Assembly: GCA_965204675.1 (NCBI GenBank)
Contig: OZ242003.1
Coordinates: forward strand, 5,901,295-5,965,294
DNA from: Vicinamibacterales bacterium
GTDB lineage: Bacteria > Acidobacteriota > Vicinamibacteria > Vicinamibacterales > UBA8438
Direction: 5' to 3'
Length of the DNA stretch: 64,000 bases
The notes under the pieces are model-generated. The model was given only the letters and a program-made list of their open reading frames with translations. It ran no database searches and was not told where the DNA came from. The position numbers and the translations under genes were made by a program. Positions 8,894-18,462 of the stretch are shown here, in pieces (position 1 is the stretch's first letter; the number at the start of each line of letters is the position of its first letter).

Positions 8894-9823
8894 TCAGGAC
8901 GAATCGACGCGCTCCTCCGCGGTCGCGGCGCCGAAGACGCGCTCGAAGTTCCCGGCGAAGATCGCGGCCTGCCCCGGGGCGTCGAGGCCGAGGGCGTCCA
9001 TCACCCCGCGTTGCGCCTCCCAGACCGGCCGCTGCCATCCCCGCGGAAAGAACGACGAGTCCGAGCCGAACAGGATCCGCTCGGGGCCGAGGACGGCGAG
9101 GGCCTGCCGGAACACGCCGTCGAGGGTGAGGGGTGGCGCCTGGTACTTCACCCAGCCGTTCGAGCTCGACGTGTCGACGTGGACGTTCGGGCAGAGGTCG
9201 GCCGCCATCAGCGTCTCGCGGAAGAGACCGGCCCCGAAGTGCGGAATGATGACCGGCACCGACGGGAACGCCGCCGCGGCGGGCACGAGGTCGAGCGGGT
9301 TGCCCCGCCGCACGTCGAACCGGCACGGCAGGCCGAGCTTGCGCCGGACCCCGACCGACAGGACCCCGCAGTGCACGAACACCGCCCGGCCGTGCCCGGC
9401 CGCCGCCTCGAAGACCGCGAACACCCGCGCGTCGTCGAGCGCGAAGTGGTGCATGGCGGGAAAGAGGCAGGCGCAGCCCAGCCCGTGCTCGCCGTACGCC
9501 CGGGCGAGGCGACCGGCCGCGTCGGGCGCCGTCGGGTTGAACATGAAGCTGCCCGCGAGCCGCGCCGGATGCCGGGCCACCGCCGCCGCGACCGACGCCT
9601 CGTCGCCGGGGACGCTCGCCATCAGCGCCGCGCGCGCCACCCCGTGCCGGTCGAGCTCGTCCACCCAGCGGTCCGCGAGCGCCGCGGGGCTCCCCGGCGC
9701 ATCCCAGCCCAGCCGCGCGGGCAGATCGACGGCGGGGTCGGCGGCCGGCGGCGCGGCCGGGTCCCGGGCCAGCGTCTCGAAGAAGCCGGCCGAGAAGAAG
9801 TGGCAGTGGGCGTCGTTGAGCAT
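8894..9823 (-). CDS. Amidohydrolase family protein (amidohydro_2)
   Basis: DAHCH (HxH), [22 protein letters not shown] and ILFGSD motifs. Confidence 0.85.
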   Translation of the reverse strand: MLNDAHCHFFSAGFFETLARDPAAPPAADPAVDLPARLGWDAPGSPAALADRWVDELDRHGVARAALMASVPGDEASVAAAVARHPARLAGSFMFNPTAPDAAGRLARAYGEHGLGCACLFPAMHHFALDDARVFAVFEAAAGHGRAVFVHCGVLSVGVRRKLGLPCRFDVRRGNPLDLVPAAAAFPSVPVIIPHFGAGLFRETLMAADLCPNVHVDTSSSNGWVKYQAPPLTLDGVFRQALAVLGPERILFGSDSSFFPRGWQRPVWEAQRGVMDALGLDAPGQAAIFAGNFERVFGAATAEERVDSS

Positions 9824-9881
9824 GTCCGGCTCGATGTTAGCCTGCCGGCCGGCGCGAGTCGAATCGACCGGTCATGCCGTC

Positions 9882-10066
9882 GATCTCGACGCGCAACCGG
9901 CGGACCCCGCCGGTGTCAGGGCTTCGACCCGAGCTCGCGGGCGCCGACACTCCTCAGGGGCAGGACGGTGGACGATCTCGACGCGCAAACCGGCGCACCC
10001 CCCGGCCGGCGTCAGGACGTCGGCCCGAGCCCGCAGGCGCCGACACTCCTCAGGGGCAGGGCGGTG
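9882..10066. repeat. Diverged tandem duplication, ~92-nt period
   Basis: 9882-9970 and 9974-10066 share GATCTCGACGCGCA...GGCGCCGACACTCCTCAGGGGCAGG.CGGTG. Confidence 0.85.
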
Positions 10067-10155
10067 ATGGCGTCGGCGAGCGGATACTCCCGCTCGCCGG
10101 GATAGACGACCCACAGGTGCTCGAGCCCCAGGTCGTCGATGACGACGTGCGCCAA
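10012..10155 (-). pseudogene. C-terminal remnant of an AAA/DUF4143-type ATP-binding protein
   Basis: HVVIDDLGLEHLWVVYPGEREYPLADAITALPL resembles the conserved C-terminus of that family (recognised from memory). The rest of the gene is absent. Confidence 0.6.
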
Positions 10156-10347
10156 TGGGCGGCTACAATACGTGCATGCCGCCCAGGACGAACACCTTCG
10201 CCGGAACGGCTGGGAACGCTCGCTCCACCGCCGGCTCCATCCCCGCCCCGTCAGGCGCAACAGCACTCCCCCGGTGGGACACGAGGCGCGGCGCGCCGGC
10301 CGCGGCAACGACGGTATGTGGACGCTGACCGAAGGAGGGCTGCGGGC

Positions 10348-11652
10348 GTGATCGACCGCCTTGTCATCGAGAACTTCAAGAGCCTTCGGCGGGTCGATCT
10401 GGCGCTCGGCCGGATGAACCTCCTCGTCGGCGCGAACGGCAGCGGCAAGTCGAACCTGCTCGACGCGTTGCGGGTGTTGCAGGGCATCGGCAGCGGCTTC
10501 ACGATCAGCGAGATTCTGGACGGCAAGCCGAGAAGCGCGACCAGCGTGGCGTGGGAGGGCATTCGCGGGGGAAGCGGCCTGGCCTGCTTCGCCGACGGCC
10601 GCGGAAACGCCGGAACCGGTGACTTGACTTTCAGGGTGCATGGACGGCTGGCCAGCCGCCCCGGTCGGGGTCGGGTCGGGCCGGACGACCTGCCCTGGGA
10701 GCTTCTGATCGCGTTCTCGCCGAAATCGGGCTGGGTGACGCGCGAGCGCCTCGAAGTGGGGGGGACGGTCATCTACGATACGGATCTCGTTGAGGACTTT
10801 TCGCAGAAAAACCCGGTATGGTGCACCATAGCGGCAGCGCCGGACTTTGCCGTCCAGTTGCAGCGGACACGTCCGGCACTGGGACAACTGGCCGGCCCGT
10901 GGCGCCACGACGGTAGTAGCACGGGAAGCGCAGACGACGATCCGAGTCTTGACGTGCTGCCGGCAGACAACGGCTTTGTTTGGGGCCATCTGGCGGGCGA
11001 AGTGGTCGGATTGCTGGCCGACATCCAGCAGGTGGACCCGGAATCGCGTTTGCTGCGGGAGTACTCTCAAGTGGCTCAAGTCCGCCAGATGGGCAACCGA
11101 GGGGAGAATTTTGCCGCCCTGGTGCACGCGATATGCGAGGACGAAAAGGCCAAGGACGCCTATCTGGCGTGGCTTCGGCAACTTCGTCCTGAGGAAATCG
11201 ACGACGTCGGGGTGCTGCGCGGCGCGGTCAACGAACCGCTGTTCATGCTGCAAGAGAAGGGCAGAACGTTTCCCGCGATGGTCCTGAGCGACGGCACCCT
11301 GCGCTTCGCCGCACTCACGGCCGCGTTCTTCCAGCCCGACATGCCCGATCTCATGATGATGGAGGAGATAGAGAACGGCGTTCCCGCGAGCCGGGCGCGG
11401 CTGCTGCTCGAGTTGCTGCGCAGCCAGTCCGTGGCTGCGGAGACGCAAGTCGTTGCGACGACGCACTCGGCGACGGTCCTCGACTGGCTCGGGGAGGAAG
11501 ACTACAAGACGACGTTCGTCTGCAAGCGGGACGAGGAGACCGGCGAATCGCGGATCTGCGCCTTGGCGGACGTGCCGCATTTCGGGAACGTCGTGAAGAA
11601 GCGCCCCGTGTCCGAGCTGTTCTCGGAGGGCTGGCTGGAAGCGGTGTTGTGA
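10348..11652 (+). CDS. ABC-type (AAA_21/AAA_15-like) ATPase
   Basis: RBS GAAGGAGG and GTG start; IENFKS, Walker A GANGSGKS, LSDGTLRF signature, MMEEIENG Walker B and ATTHS H-loop. Confidence 0.88.
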   Translation: MIDRLVIENFKSLRRVDLALGRMNLLVGANGSGKSNLLDALRVLQGIGSGFTISEILDGKPRSATSVAWEGIRGGSGLACFADGRGNAGTGDLTFRVHGRLASRPGRGRVGPDDLPWELLIAFSPKSGWVTRERLEVGGTVIYDTDLVEDFSQKNPVWCTIAAAPDFAVQLQRTRPALGQLAGPWRHDGSSTGSADDDPSLDVLPADNGFVWGHLAGEVVGLLADIQQVDPESRLLREYSQVAQVRQMGNRGENFAALVHAICEDEKAKDAYLAWLRQLRPEEIDDVGVLRGAVNEPLFMLQEKGRTFPAMVLSDGTLRFAALTAAFFQPDMPDLMMMEEIENGVPASRARLLLELLRSQSVAAETQVVATTHSATVLDWLGEEDYKTTFVCKRDEETGESRICALADVPHFGNVVKKRPVSELFSEGWLEAVL

Positions 11653-12218
11653 GCTTCAAGGTGCTCGTCGTCCCGGAAGACCCGATCCTGGACGGACACA
11701 TCCTCAAGCCCCTGGCGGAGGCGTTGCTGGACGATGCGGGGAAGCCCAATGCCAAGGTGAGAGTGCTCGACAGCCCTCGCGTCCGCGGGTACGACCACGC
11801 CGTGCGGGCCATCCGTAGCGACAATCTTCACGCCAGCTATGCGTTCTACGACCTCTGGCTGTTCTTTCCCGACGCTGACCGTGCGCCCTCCGACGCCATG
11901 GACGACCTGGAAGCCAGGTCGCGTTCCCGAGGAGTCTCGCTACTCTGCTGTCCGGCCCAACCCGAAGTCGAGATCTATGCCTGTGCCGCGTTCCGCGAAG
12001 AGCTGCACCAGACGTGGGAGGACGTTCGCACCCATCCCCGGATGAAGGAGGAAGTGTTCGAGCCCCTCCTCGCGAAACATGGACACCCGCGCCGGCCGGG
12101 TAGAGGCCGGGATGTGATGATCGCGAAGTCTCTCCGGAACCTTCCGCGACTGCTCCGGTTGTGCCCGGAGACGAAACGCCTCCGCGACCGAATCGCGGCG
12201 CATCTTCGAGTTCGCTGA
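11649..12218 (+). CDS. TOPRIM-like (DUF4276/RloB-related) partner of the ATPase
   Basis: GTGA overlap with the ATPase; N-terminal LVVPED, FFPDADR (DxD) and QPEVEIY. Confidence 0.6.
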   Translation: MSFKVLVVPEDPILDGHILKPLAEALLDDAGKPNAKVRVLDSPRVRGYDHAVRAIRSDNLHASYAFYDLWLFFPDADRAPSDAMDDLEARSRSRGVSLLCCPAQPEVEIYACAAFREELHQTWEDVRTHPRMKEEVFEPLLAKHGHPRRPGRGRDVMIAKSLRNLPRLLRLCPETKRLRDRIAAHLRVR

Positions 12219-12362
12219 CGCGCGAGCGCCACCAGCCGCCGTCCGATGCCCCGGCGCGGTTGCCGTACGGGTTCCCCTGCCGGCACGGCCCGCGATATGA
12301 TCACGACCCGTTGCGGCCATCCGCGACGTCCGCAATCCACCACACAGCCAACGGAGCCCGTC

Positions 12363-13799
12363 ATGCACTTCGCACGAACGCTCGGAACGACCGTCCTGAT
12401 CATCACCGCCGCGGCCCTTCCGGCCGCGGCGCAGGTGGAGCCCCTGGCCGACCCCATTCCCGACCCGATCCTGAAGGGCGACCTGGTCGTGGCAGCGACC
12501 CCGTTCGTCCGCGCCCCGCGGACCGCGGACTCGGCCGTGGACGCGATGACGAACGAGGCCTACGCGCGCATCCAGTACCTGACGCCGATCGGGGACGGCT
12601 CGGGGCGTCTCGTCCTGAACGACCTGCGCGGGCTGCTGTACATCACCGACGAGAACGGGGCGGAGCCGGTGATCTACATGGATGTCCGCACCCTCGACAT
12701 CGGCTTCGACGACTCGATGTTCCCCAACGAGACCGGCCTCGTGGGGGTGGCGTTCCACCCGCAGTTCGCCGACGCCGGCACGCCGGGGTTCGGCAAGTTC
12801 TACACTGCGTACAGCGCCCGGTCGGACAGCGGCACCGCCGACTACCTGGACGACGACGCCGGGAGCCACGAGAGCGTGATCCGGGAGTGGACGGTCGACG
12901 ATCCGGCCGCGAACGCGTTCAGCGGCACGTCGCGCGAGGTCTTCCGCATCGGCCAGTTCGCCCCCAACCACAACGTCGGCACCATCGCGTTCAATCCGAA
13001 CGCGGCCCCGGGGTCGCCGGAGTACGGGTTGCTCTACGCCAGCCTCGGGGACGCCGGGGCCGCCCACGATCCCCGCGACTTCGGCCAGTCCCTCGCCGCG
13101 CCCCACGGCGCGATCATCCGCATCGACCCCCTCGGCGGCGACGGCAGCCGGGGCTACGGCGTTCCCGCCGACAATCCCTTCGTGGGCGAGGCGGGCGTCG
13201 CCCCCGAGATCTGGGCCTACGGCCTGCGGCACGCGCAGCAGTTCTCGTGGGACACGGACGGCCGGATGTTCATGGGCGACATCGGCCAGAACGTGGTGGA
13301 AGAGGTCAACCTGGGCGTGCCGGGCGCCAACTACGGCTGGCGCCTTCGGGAGGGCACGTTCGCCACCGGCTACACGCTCACCCCCCGGCGACCGGGACCC
13401 GTGTACCCGCCGCCGGCCGAGGACGACCATCCCTTCGTGCACCCGGTGGCCCAGTACGACCACGACGAGGGCTACGCCGTGAGCGGCGGGTTCGTCTACC
13501 GCGGCGAGGCCATCCCCGAGCTGCGGGGCCAGTACGTCTTCACCGACTTCCCGCGGGGCCGGGTGTTCTACATCGACGCCGACGGGCTCGTGCCCGGCCA
13601 GCTCGCCGAGATCCGGGAGCTGCGGCTGGTCATCGACGGCGAGGAGCGCGACCTCGTCGAGGCCGCCGGGATACGCAACACGTACGCCCCGGGCGACCGG
13701 GCCGACGCCCGCCTGGGCATCGACTCCGCGGGAGAACTCTATCTGCTGACGAAGAGCGACGGCTGGGTCCGGAAGCTGGAGCCGGTGGGAGCACGCTAG
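12363..13799 (+). CDS. Exported PQQ-dependent sugar dehydrogenase (GSDH/sorbosone-type beta-propeller)
   Basis: Signal peptide; GLVGVAFHPQF, NHNVGTIAF, IPADNPF-like motif, EIWAYGLRH, DIGQNVVEEVN and GANYGW. Confidence 0.85.
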   Translation: MHFARTLGTTVLIITAAALPAAAQVEPLADPIPDPILKGDLVVAATPFVRAPRTADSAVDAMTNEAYARIQYLTPIGDGSGRLVLNDLRGLLYITDENGAEPVIYMDVRTLDIGFDDSMFPNETGLVGVAFHPQFADAGTPGFGKFYTAYSARSDSGTADYLDDDAGSHESVIREWTVDDPAANAFSGTSREVFRIGQFAPNHNVGTIAFNPNAAPGSPEYGLLYASLGDAGAAHDPRDFGQSLAAPHGAIIRIDPLGGDGSRGYGVPADNPFVGEAGVAPEIWAYGLRHAQQFSWDTDGRMFMGDIGQNVVEEVNLGVPGANYGWRLREGTFATGYTLTPRRPGPVYPPPAEDDHPFVHPVAQYDHDEGYAVSGGFVYRGEAIPELRGQYVFTDFPRGRVFYIDADGLVPGQLAEIRELRLVIDGEERDLVEAAGIRNTYAPGDRADARLGIDSAGELYLLTKSDGWVRKLEPVGAR

Positions 13800-13887
13800 C
13801 CCGGAGAGCGTCGCCTACGGCTCCGCTCACCGCCCAACCAACCCTGCCAGGAGTCTGCACCGTTCTACGGCGCCGACTCCTGGACCG
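13797..13887 (+). repeat. Structured intergenic element, copy 2
   Basis: Starts at the TAG stop. Hairpin CCAGGAGTC...CCGT-TCT-ACGG...GACTCCTGG. Highly similar to 36108-36198. Confidence 0.85.
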
Positions 13888-14067
13888 GCAACGGCGATCA
13901 GCCCGTCCGCGCCGAGCCGGTCTCGATCCGACGCTGGACCGAGTCGGCAGATCTCATGAGGCGATTCACCGGTCCGGCGCGGATCGACGCGGGGCAGCGG
14001 CGGAACCCACAGGCCGGCCCTGCTGCGAACGCCCGATGGCTCCCGGACGTATGTATTTCAGGGAACG

Positions 14068-14865
14068 ATGGCCACTCCGCACCCACTGGTGGGCCGTTAC
14101 GGACTGTTGAGGAAACGCCGGCTGACGATTCTGCTCGCCGGCGGCGTGCTCGGGGCCGCGGCCCTGGTCGGCGCCGGTCTCGCGTCCGGCCTCCTGGGCG
14201 AATCGCCTGCGCCGGAAGACGCGCCGGCGGTCATCCTGGCCCACGGCCTGGGCCGCACCCCGGCGTCGATGGCAATCCTCGCCAACCGTCTCGAGGAGGC
14301 CGGGTTCCGGGTCGTCCGGTTCGGGTACCCGTCGCGTTCGGAGCCGATAGAGACCCTGGTCGAGCGCCTGCGAGACGAGGTCGAGCGCTGCTGCGGGAAC
14401 GATTCCCGACGCGTGCACTTCGTCACCCACTCGATGGGCGGCGTGCTGGTGCGCAGCTACCTCTCCGAGCGCCCCGAGCCGCACGAGGGACGCGTGGTCA
14501 TGCTGAGCCCCCCGAACCAGGGCAGCGAGATCGTCGACGCGTTCGCCGACTCCGAGCTGCTGCGGTCGTTCCTCGGCCCGGCGGGCGCGCGGCTGGGAAC
14601 CAGCCCGGACGGGATCGCGAGCCAGCTCCCCCCGGTTCGGTTCAGCCTCGGCATCATCACCGGCAGTCGGAGCATGAACCCCATCGGTTCCTGGCTCATC
14701 CCCGGCCCCGACGACGGCACCGTCGGCGTCGACCGGGCGAAGGTCGAGGGTGCGTCATTCCTCGTGCTGCCGGCCACCCACACGTTCATCATGAACCGCC
14801 GCGACGTCGCCGAGGAAGTGGTGCATTTTCTCCGGCACGGTCGATTTCGGAAGGATGAAGCCTGA
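14068..14865 (+). CDS. Alpha/beta hydrolase (lipase/esterase-like)
   Basis: ILAHGLGR, nucleophile elbow THSMGG, LSPPNQGS, DDGTV and THTFIM; N-terminal membrane anchor. Confidence 0.85.
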   Translation: MATPHPLVGRYGLLRKRRLTILLAGGVLGAAALVGAGLASGLLGESPAPEDAPAVILAHGLGRTPASMAILANRLEEAGFRVVRFGYPSRSEPIETLVERLRDEVERCCGNDSRRVHFVTHSMGGVLVRSYLSERPEPHEGRVVMLSPPNQGSEIVDAFADSELLRSFLGPAGARLGTSPDGIASQLPPVRFSLGIITGSRSMNPIGSWLIPGPDDGTVGVDRAKVEGASFLVLPATHTFIMNRRDVAEEVVHFLRHGRFRKDEA

Positions 14866-14890
14866 GCCGGCAGGTCCGTTACCCGCTTCG

Positions 14891-14984
14891 CGGAAGACGC
14901 GCCGCCCGGCAACACCCCACAACCCGCAACCGGGCAGCGGAAGACGCACCGCCCGGCAACACCCCACAACCCGCGATCGGACAG
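14891..14984. repeat. 47-nt tandem repeat, two copies
   Basis: CGGAAGACGC(G/A)CCGCCCGGCAACACCCCACAACCCGC... at 14891 and 14938. Confidence 0.85.
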
Positions 14985-15017
14985 CAACCGACCGCGGGCG
15001 CCGTCACGGCGCAGGTC

Positions 15018-15251
15018 AGCCCATCGTCGTCCGTCGACCCCAGTCAACCTGCGGATCGTCGGCGCTCGCCTCTATCGCGTACAGGTAGCTGGTGGCGCGC
15101 AGGAGGATCTGCCCGTCGGGACACCGCGATCGAACGCGGAGCCCATCGTCGTCCGTCGACCTCAGTCGCCCACGGACCGTCGGCGTTCGCCTATCGCGTA
15201 GAGATGGCCGGTGGTGCGCAGGAAGATCTGCCCGTCGGACACCGCGATCGA
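15018..15251 (-). repeat. Diverged tandem duplication (122-nt period) of the 3' end of the beta-propeller gene
   Basis: 15018-15133 versus 15140-15251. They encode DGQILLRATSYLYAI versus [15 protein letters not shown]. Confidence 0.85.
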
Positions 15252-16502
15252 GCTGAGGACGTAGTCGTCGAGGTCGTTCTCGGCGAGCAACTCGAACGCG
15301 GGCCCCGCCCGGAAGACGCTGGTCAGACCGCCCTCGCTGGTGATGTAGACCTTGCCGTCGGCCAGCACCGGCGAGGCGCTGTAGGTACCCGGCCGCAGAC
15401 GCTGGCGGCCGTAGATCTCCTCCCCGGTACGCGCGTCGAGCACCCACACGATGCCCTGGTCGTTGACGGTGTAGAAGTACTCGCCGTCAGTCACCGGGGT
15501 CGGCACGTCGGGCCCGTTGTCGGTCTTCCACACGAGGTGCGAGGTGGTGACGTCGCCCCGGCCGCCGGCCCGGAGGGCGAGGAGGGGGCGGACCCGGGTC
15601 GGCGCGTAGATCATGTCGCCGTGCACGACCGGCGACGCGATGATTCGGTAGGCGCCGTTGTTGCGCGGGTTGAGGCCGTCGGCCCGCCACAGCTCGCGCC
15701 CCGTGGCGAGGTCGTGCCCGGTCACGACGTCGCCGCCGGTGATCACGATCTCGCGCGCGCCGTCGTACTCGAGGAGGGCGGGCGTGGTGTACGAGTCGGG
15801 CGACTCGCGGCGGGCGTCGGTGGGGCGCTCGACCCGCCAGACGGTCTCGCCGGTGTGGCGGTCGATGCGCAGCACGTAGGACGGGTCGTCGGTGCGCATG
15901 CCGTGGATGACCTGGACGAACAGGGCGTCGTCGACCAGGAGCGGCGACGACGCGTAGCCCCAGTTCAGCCCGAACCGGCCGTACGACGCCTGGATGTCGC
16001 GCTGCCACAACGGGTTGCCGTCGAAGTCGAAGGCGGTCAGCCGGCCCGTCCCCGTCATCACGTAGACGTGCTCGCCGTTGGTCACCGGCGACGGCGACGA
16101 CATGTTCTGCTTCCGCAGCCGCCGGTCGCCGTCGCTCAGGTGTCGCACCCACAGCGTCTCGCCACGGTTCCGATCGAGGCACCACAGGGTGATGTTCTCG
16201 CCGTCGGCGACGTTCAGGAAGATGCGCTCGCCCCAGACGATCGGCGTCGACCCCGTCCACGCGGGCATCTCCACCTTCCAGGCCACGTTCGTGTCCGGCC
16301 CCCACGTCACCGGCAGGCCGGTCTCGGCGCTGATGCCGTTGGCGGACGGCCCCCGCCAGTGCGGCCAGTTCTCGCCCGCCCCGGCGGCGGTCGCGGCGGT
16401 CAGAGCGGCGAGCATGGCCACCGCTACGGCCCCGACCCGGACCCCGTGCACCCCTGTACCGACTCCAATGGCAACACCCGGCGTCCACTGCATCCGCATC
16501 AC
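15162..16502 (-). CDS. PQQ-binding-like beta-propeller repeat protein (exported)
   Basis: [36 protein letters not shown] and [12 protein letters not shown] repeats. The start codon is uncertain. Confidence 0.85.
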   Translation of the reverse strand: MMRMQWTPGVAIGVGTGVHGVRVGAVAVAMLAALTAATAAGAGENWPHWRGPSANGISAETGLPVTWGPDTNVAWKVEMPAWTGSTPIVWGERIFLNVADGENITLWCLDRNRGETLWVRHLSDGDRRLRKQNMSSPSPVTNGEHVYVMTGTGRLTAFDFDGNPLWQRDIQASYGRFGLNWGYASSPLLVDDALFVQVIHGMRTDDPSYVLRIDRHTGETVWRVERPTDARRESPDSYTTPALLEYDGAREIVITGGDVVTGHDLATGRELWRADGLNPRNNGAYRIIASPVVHGDMIYAPTRVRPLLALRAGGRGDVTTSHLVWKTDNGPDVPTPVTDGEYFYTVNDQGIVWVLDARTGEEIYGRQRLRPGTYSASPVLADGKVYITSEGGLTSVFRAGPAFELLAENDLDDYVLSSIAVSDGQIFLRTTGHLYAIGERRRSVGD

Positions 16503-16600
16503 GTCAGTCGTCCCCTTGGAGAAGCCCGCGGCAAGAGCCGACGGACGGAGACCCCGCCACTACTGCCTGACGGAGCCGTGGTCTGGTCTGGTCCGGCCAA

Positions 16601-16626
16601 CCCCGGCACCGTCGGCGGTGCCGGGG
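16601..16626 (-). terminator. GC hairpin downstream of the 16637-17656 gene
   Basis: Perfect 11-bp stem CCCCGGCACCG/CGGTGCCGGGG with a 4-nt loop; no long U-tract. Confidence 0.35.
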
Positions 16627-16636
16627 CCCGCCGCCG

Positions 16637-17656
16637 CTACTGCTGCTCGGTGGCCGCGGCCCGCTCCTCCGCCCGCGCGCCGCTCAGCAGGTTGAACATG
16701 CCGTGGTTGCCCTCGTGGCAGGCGTACTCGTAGAGGGGCGCGTCGGACCGGTTCAGCGGGAACCGGCCCGTGAACGGCGCCGTCCACGTGTCGGGATCGT
16801 CGACCGTGAACTCGTAGCGGATGGTGTCGCCGTCCACCCGGGTGAACCGCTCGACGAGGCGCGTGTTCTCGGCCGACCCCCAGGAGACGAACGAGGTGTT
16901 GAAGCTGCCGGTCCCGTTCGTGAAGTTGGTCGTCTCGACCACCAGGGTGTCGCCCTCCCACCGGCCGCGCGAGCTCCCCAGCCACTGGCGGACGTCCGAC
17001 GGCAGCGCGTCGCGCCCGTCCATCGGCACGACCCGCACGTCGTGCACCATCTCGTGGAGCAACACCACGTAGCCCGGCGCCTGGAAGATCTGCACGTTGT
17101 TGTTGTAGCCGCCCGGCAGCATCGGCGGCCCGGTGCTGAAGCCGAGCAGGCACCGCTCGGCCACCCCGCGCGCCTCGGGGCCGTCCTCGTTGAGGCCGCC
17201 CACCCGCACCCGCACCGGGTAGCCGCCGCCCGCGCGGTGCGCCTCGGCCGACTCCTCGGCCGCCGCCGTCAGCGTCGGCAGCCGGCCGTCCGGCGGGTCC
17301 ACGAGCAGCGACGCCTGGGTCAGCGCCGTCGGCCGCGCCCGGTCCGTCCACACCTCCTGGCTGTACCCCCCGGGGTCGCCCGGCGGCGGGCCGTCCGCGT
17401 CGCGGGCCAGCGCCGCATCGGTGCCGCGCTGGCCGACCACCGCCGCCTCCTCGGCCGTCAGCTCGCCGCGCTCGCCGAACTCCTCGGGCCTCTCGAGCGG
17501 CGTGAACGTCCAGTAGTCCCAGACCCCCTGCAGGTCCGGATCTCCCCACGGCGTGCGGGGCCCCTCCGCCCCCGTCTGCCCCGCCGCGGGCACCGACGAC
17601 AACGACAACGCCGCGGCCAGCGCCGCAACCCCTGCCAATCTGGACAATCGCTTCAT
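16637..17656 (-). CDS. Exported conserved hypothetical protein (PRTPWGDPDLQGVW family)
   Basis: Signal peptide; PRTPWGDPDLQGVW, ERCL, YNNNVQIFQ, WLGSSRGRWEGDTLVVETTNF and YEYACHEGN. Confidence 0.8.
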   Translation of the reverse strand: MKRLSRLAGVAALAAALSLSSVPAAGQTGAEGPRTPWGDPDLQGVWDYWTFTPLERPEEFGERGELTAEEAAVVGQRGTDAALARDADGPPPGDPGGYSQEVWTDRARPTALTQASLLVDPPDGRLPTLTAAAEESAEAHRAGGGYPVRVRVGGLNEDGPEARGVAERCLLGFSTGPPMLPGGYNNNVQIFQAPGYVVLLHEMVHDVRVVPMDGRDALPSDVRQWLGSSRGRWEGDTLVVETTNFTNGTGSFNTSFVSWGSAENTRLVERFTRVDGDTIRYEFTVDDPDTWTAPFTGRFPLNRSDAPLYEYACHEGNHGMFNLLSGARAEERAAATEQQ

Positions 17657-17828
17657 CACGGATCCCCTTTCCCGCCAGCCATCCCTCCGAACCCGGCACC
17701 GGGTCGAGTCGACTTCCGATTCCTGCAATTATGACTCATCCCGGGTCGCCTGCCGGCGCCGGTCGCTCACGGGCATGGGCGCCGCAAGACGCGGTCGCCC
17801 GCCACCTGCATCGAAGGAGTTGTGATAA

Positions 17829-17845
17829 GTTGTCATTTTGACAAC
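17829..17845 (+). promoter_or_regulatory. Palindromic operator upstream of the TA pair
   Basis: GTTGTCA-ttt-TGACAAC perfect inverted repeat just before the RBS. Confidence 0.6.
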
Positions 17846-17859
17846 CGAGAAAGGCGACC

Positions 17860-18135
17860 GTGGCGACAACGACCGTCGGTGTCAAGCTGGATGACGAGAC
17901 GCGCGCCCGCCTCAAGAAGCTGGGCAGCGCCAAGCAACGCTCCACCCACTGGATGGTGAAGGAGGCGGTGGCGCGGTACGTCGAGGTCGAAGAACGCTAC
18001 GAACGGGAGAAAGCCGAGGACCTGGTCCGCTGGGAGCGCTACATCGAGACCGGCCGCGCCGTTCCGCACGAGACCGTCACGGCGTGGCTCGACGGGCTCG
18101 CCGCCGAAGCCGACCGACGGACCGGCGACACATGA
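17860..18135 (+). CDS. CopG/ribbon-helix-helix antitoxin
   Basis: TTTVGVKLDDETRARLKKLG..RSTHW..KEAVARYV RHH pattern; VPHETVTAWL tail. Confidence 0.85.
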   Translation: MATTTVGVKLDDETRARLKKLGSAKQRSTHWMVKEAVARYVEVEERYEREKAEDLVRWERYIETGRAVPHETVTAWLDGLAAEADRRTGDT

Positions 18136-18413
18136 CCGTCCGCTGGCTCCCCGCGGCACTGGACGACATCAGGCGTCTCTACGACTTCCTGCTCGACAAG
18201 GATCCCGCCGCCGCCGGGCGCGCGGCCCGCGCGATACGCGCTGGCGCCGACCGGCTCCTCGACTCGCCCGAGATCGGCCGGCCGCTGGCTGACGGCACCG
18301 GCCGCCGGGAGCTGGTGATTCCCTTCGGCGCGGGCGCCTATGTCCTGCGCTACCGGATCCACGACGACACCGTCGTGGTGATCCGCGTCTGGCACGGGCG
18401 CGAAGCCCGATAG
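18132..18413 (+). CDS. RelE/ParE family toxin
   Basis: ATGA overlap; WLPAALDDIRRLYDFL, PEIGRP, RELVIPFGAGAYVLRYRI and VIRVWHGRE. Confidence 0.88.
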   Translation: MTVRWLPAALDDIRRLYDFLLDKDPAAAGRAARAIRAGADRLLDSPEIGRPLADGTGRRELVIPFGAGAYVLRYRIHDDTVVVIRVWHGREAR

Positions 18414-18462
18414 ACGACCGCCGCCATCGGACAGAACGCCGCGCTGCCGTCGACAGTCGAAG

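Noticed and set aside
10139-10351. 70-aa ORF ending GRGNDGMWTLTEGG, faintly like a winged-helix (Mrr-N) tail
   Set aside because: The similarity is too short to support a call without a profile search.
9882-15251. CRISPR array or DGR interpretation of the tandem repeats
   Set aside because: There are only two copies each, with no unique spacers, cas genes or reverse transcriptase. The differences between copies are not confined to adenines.
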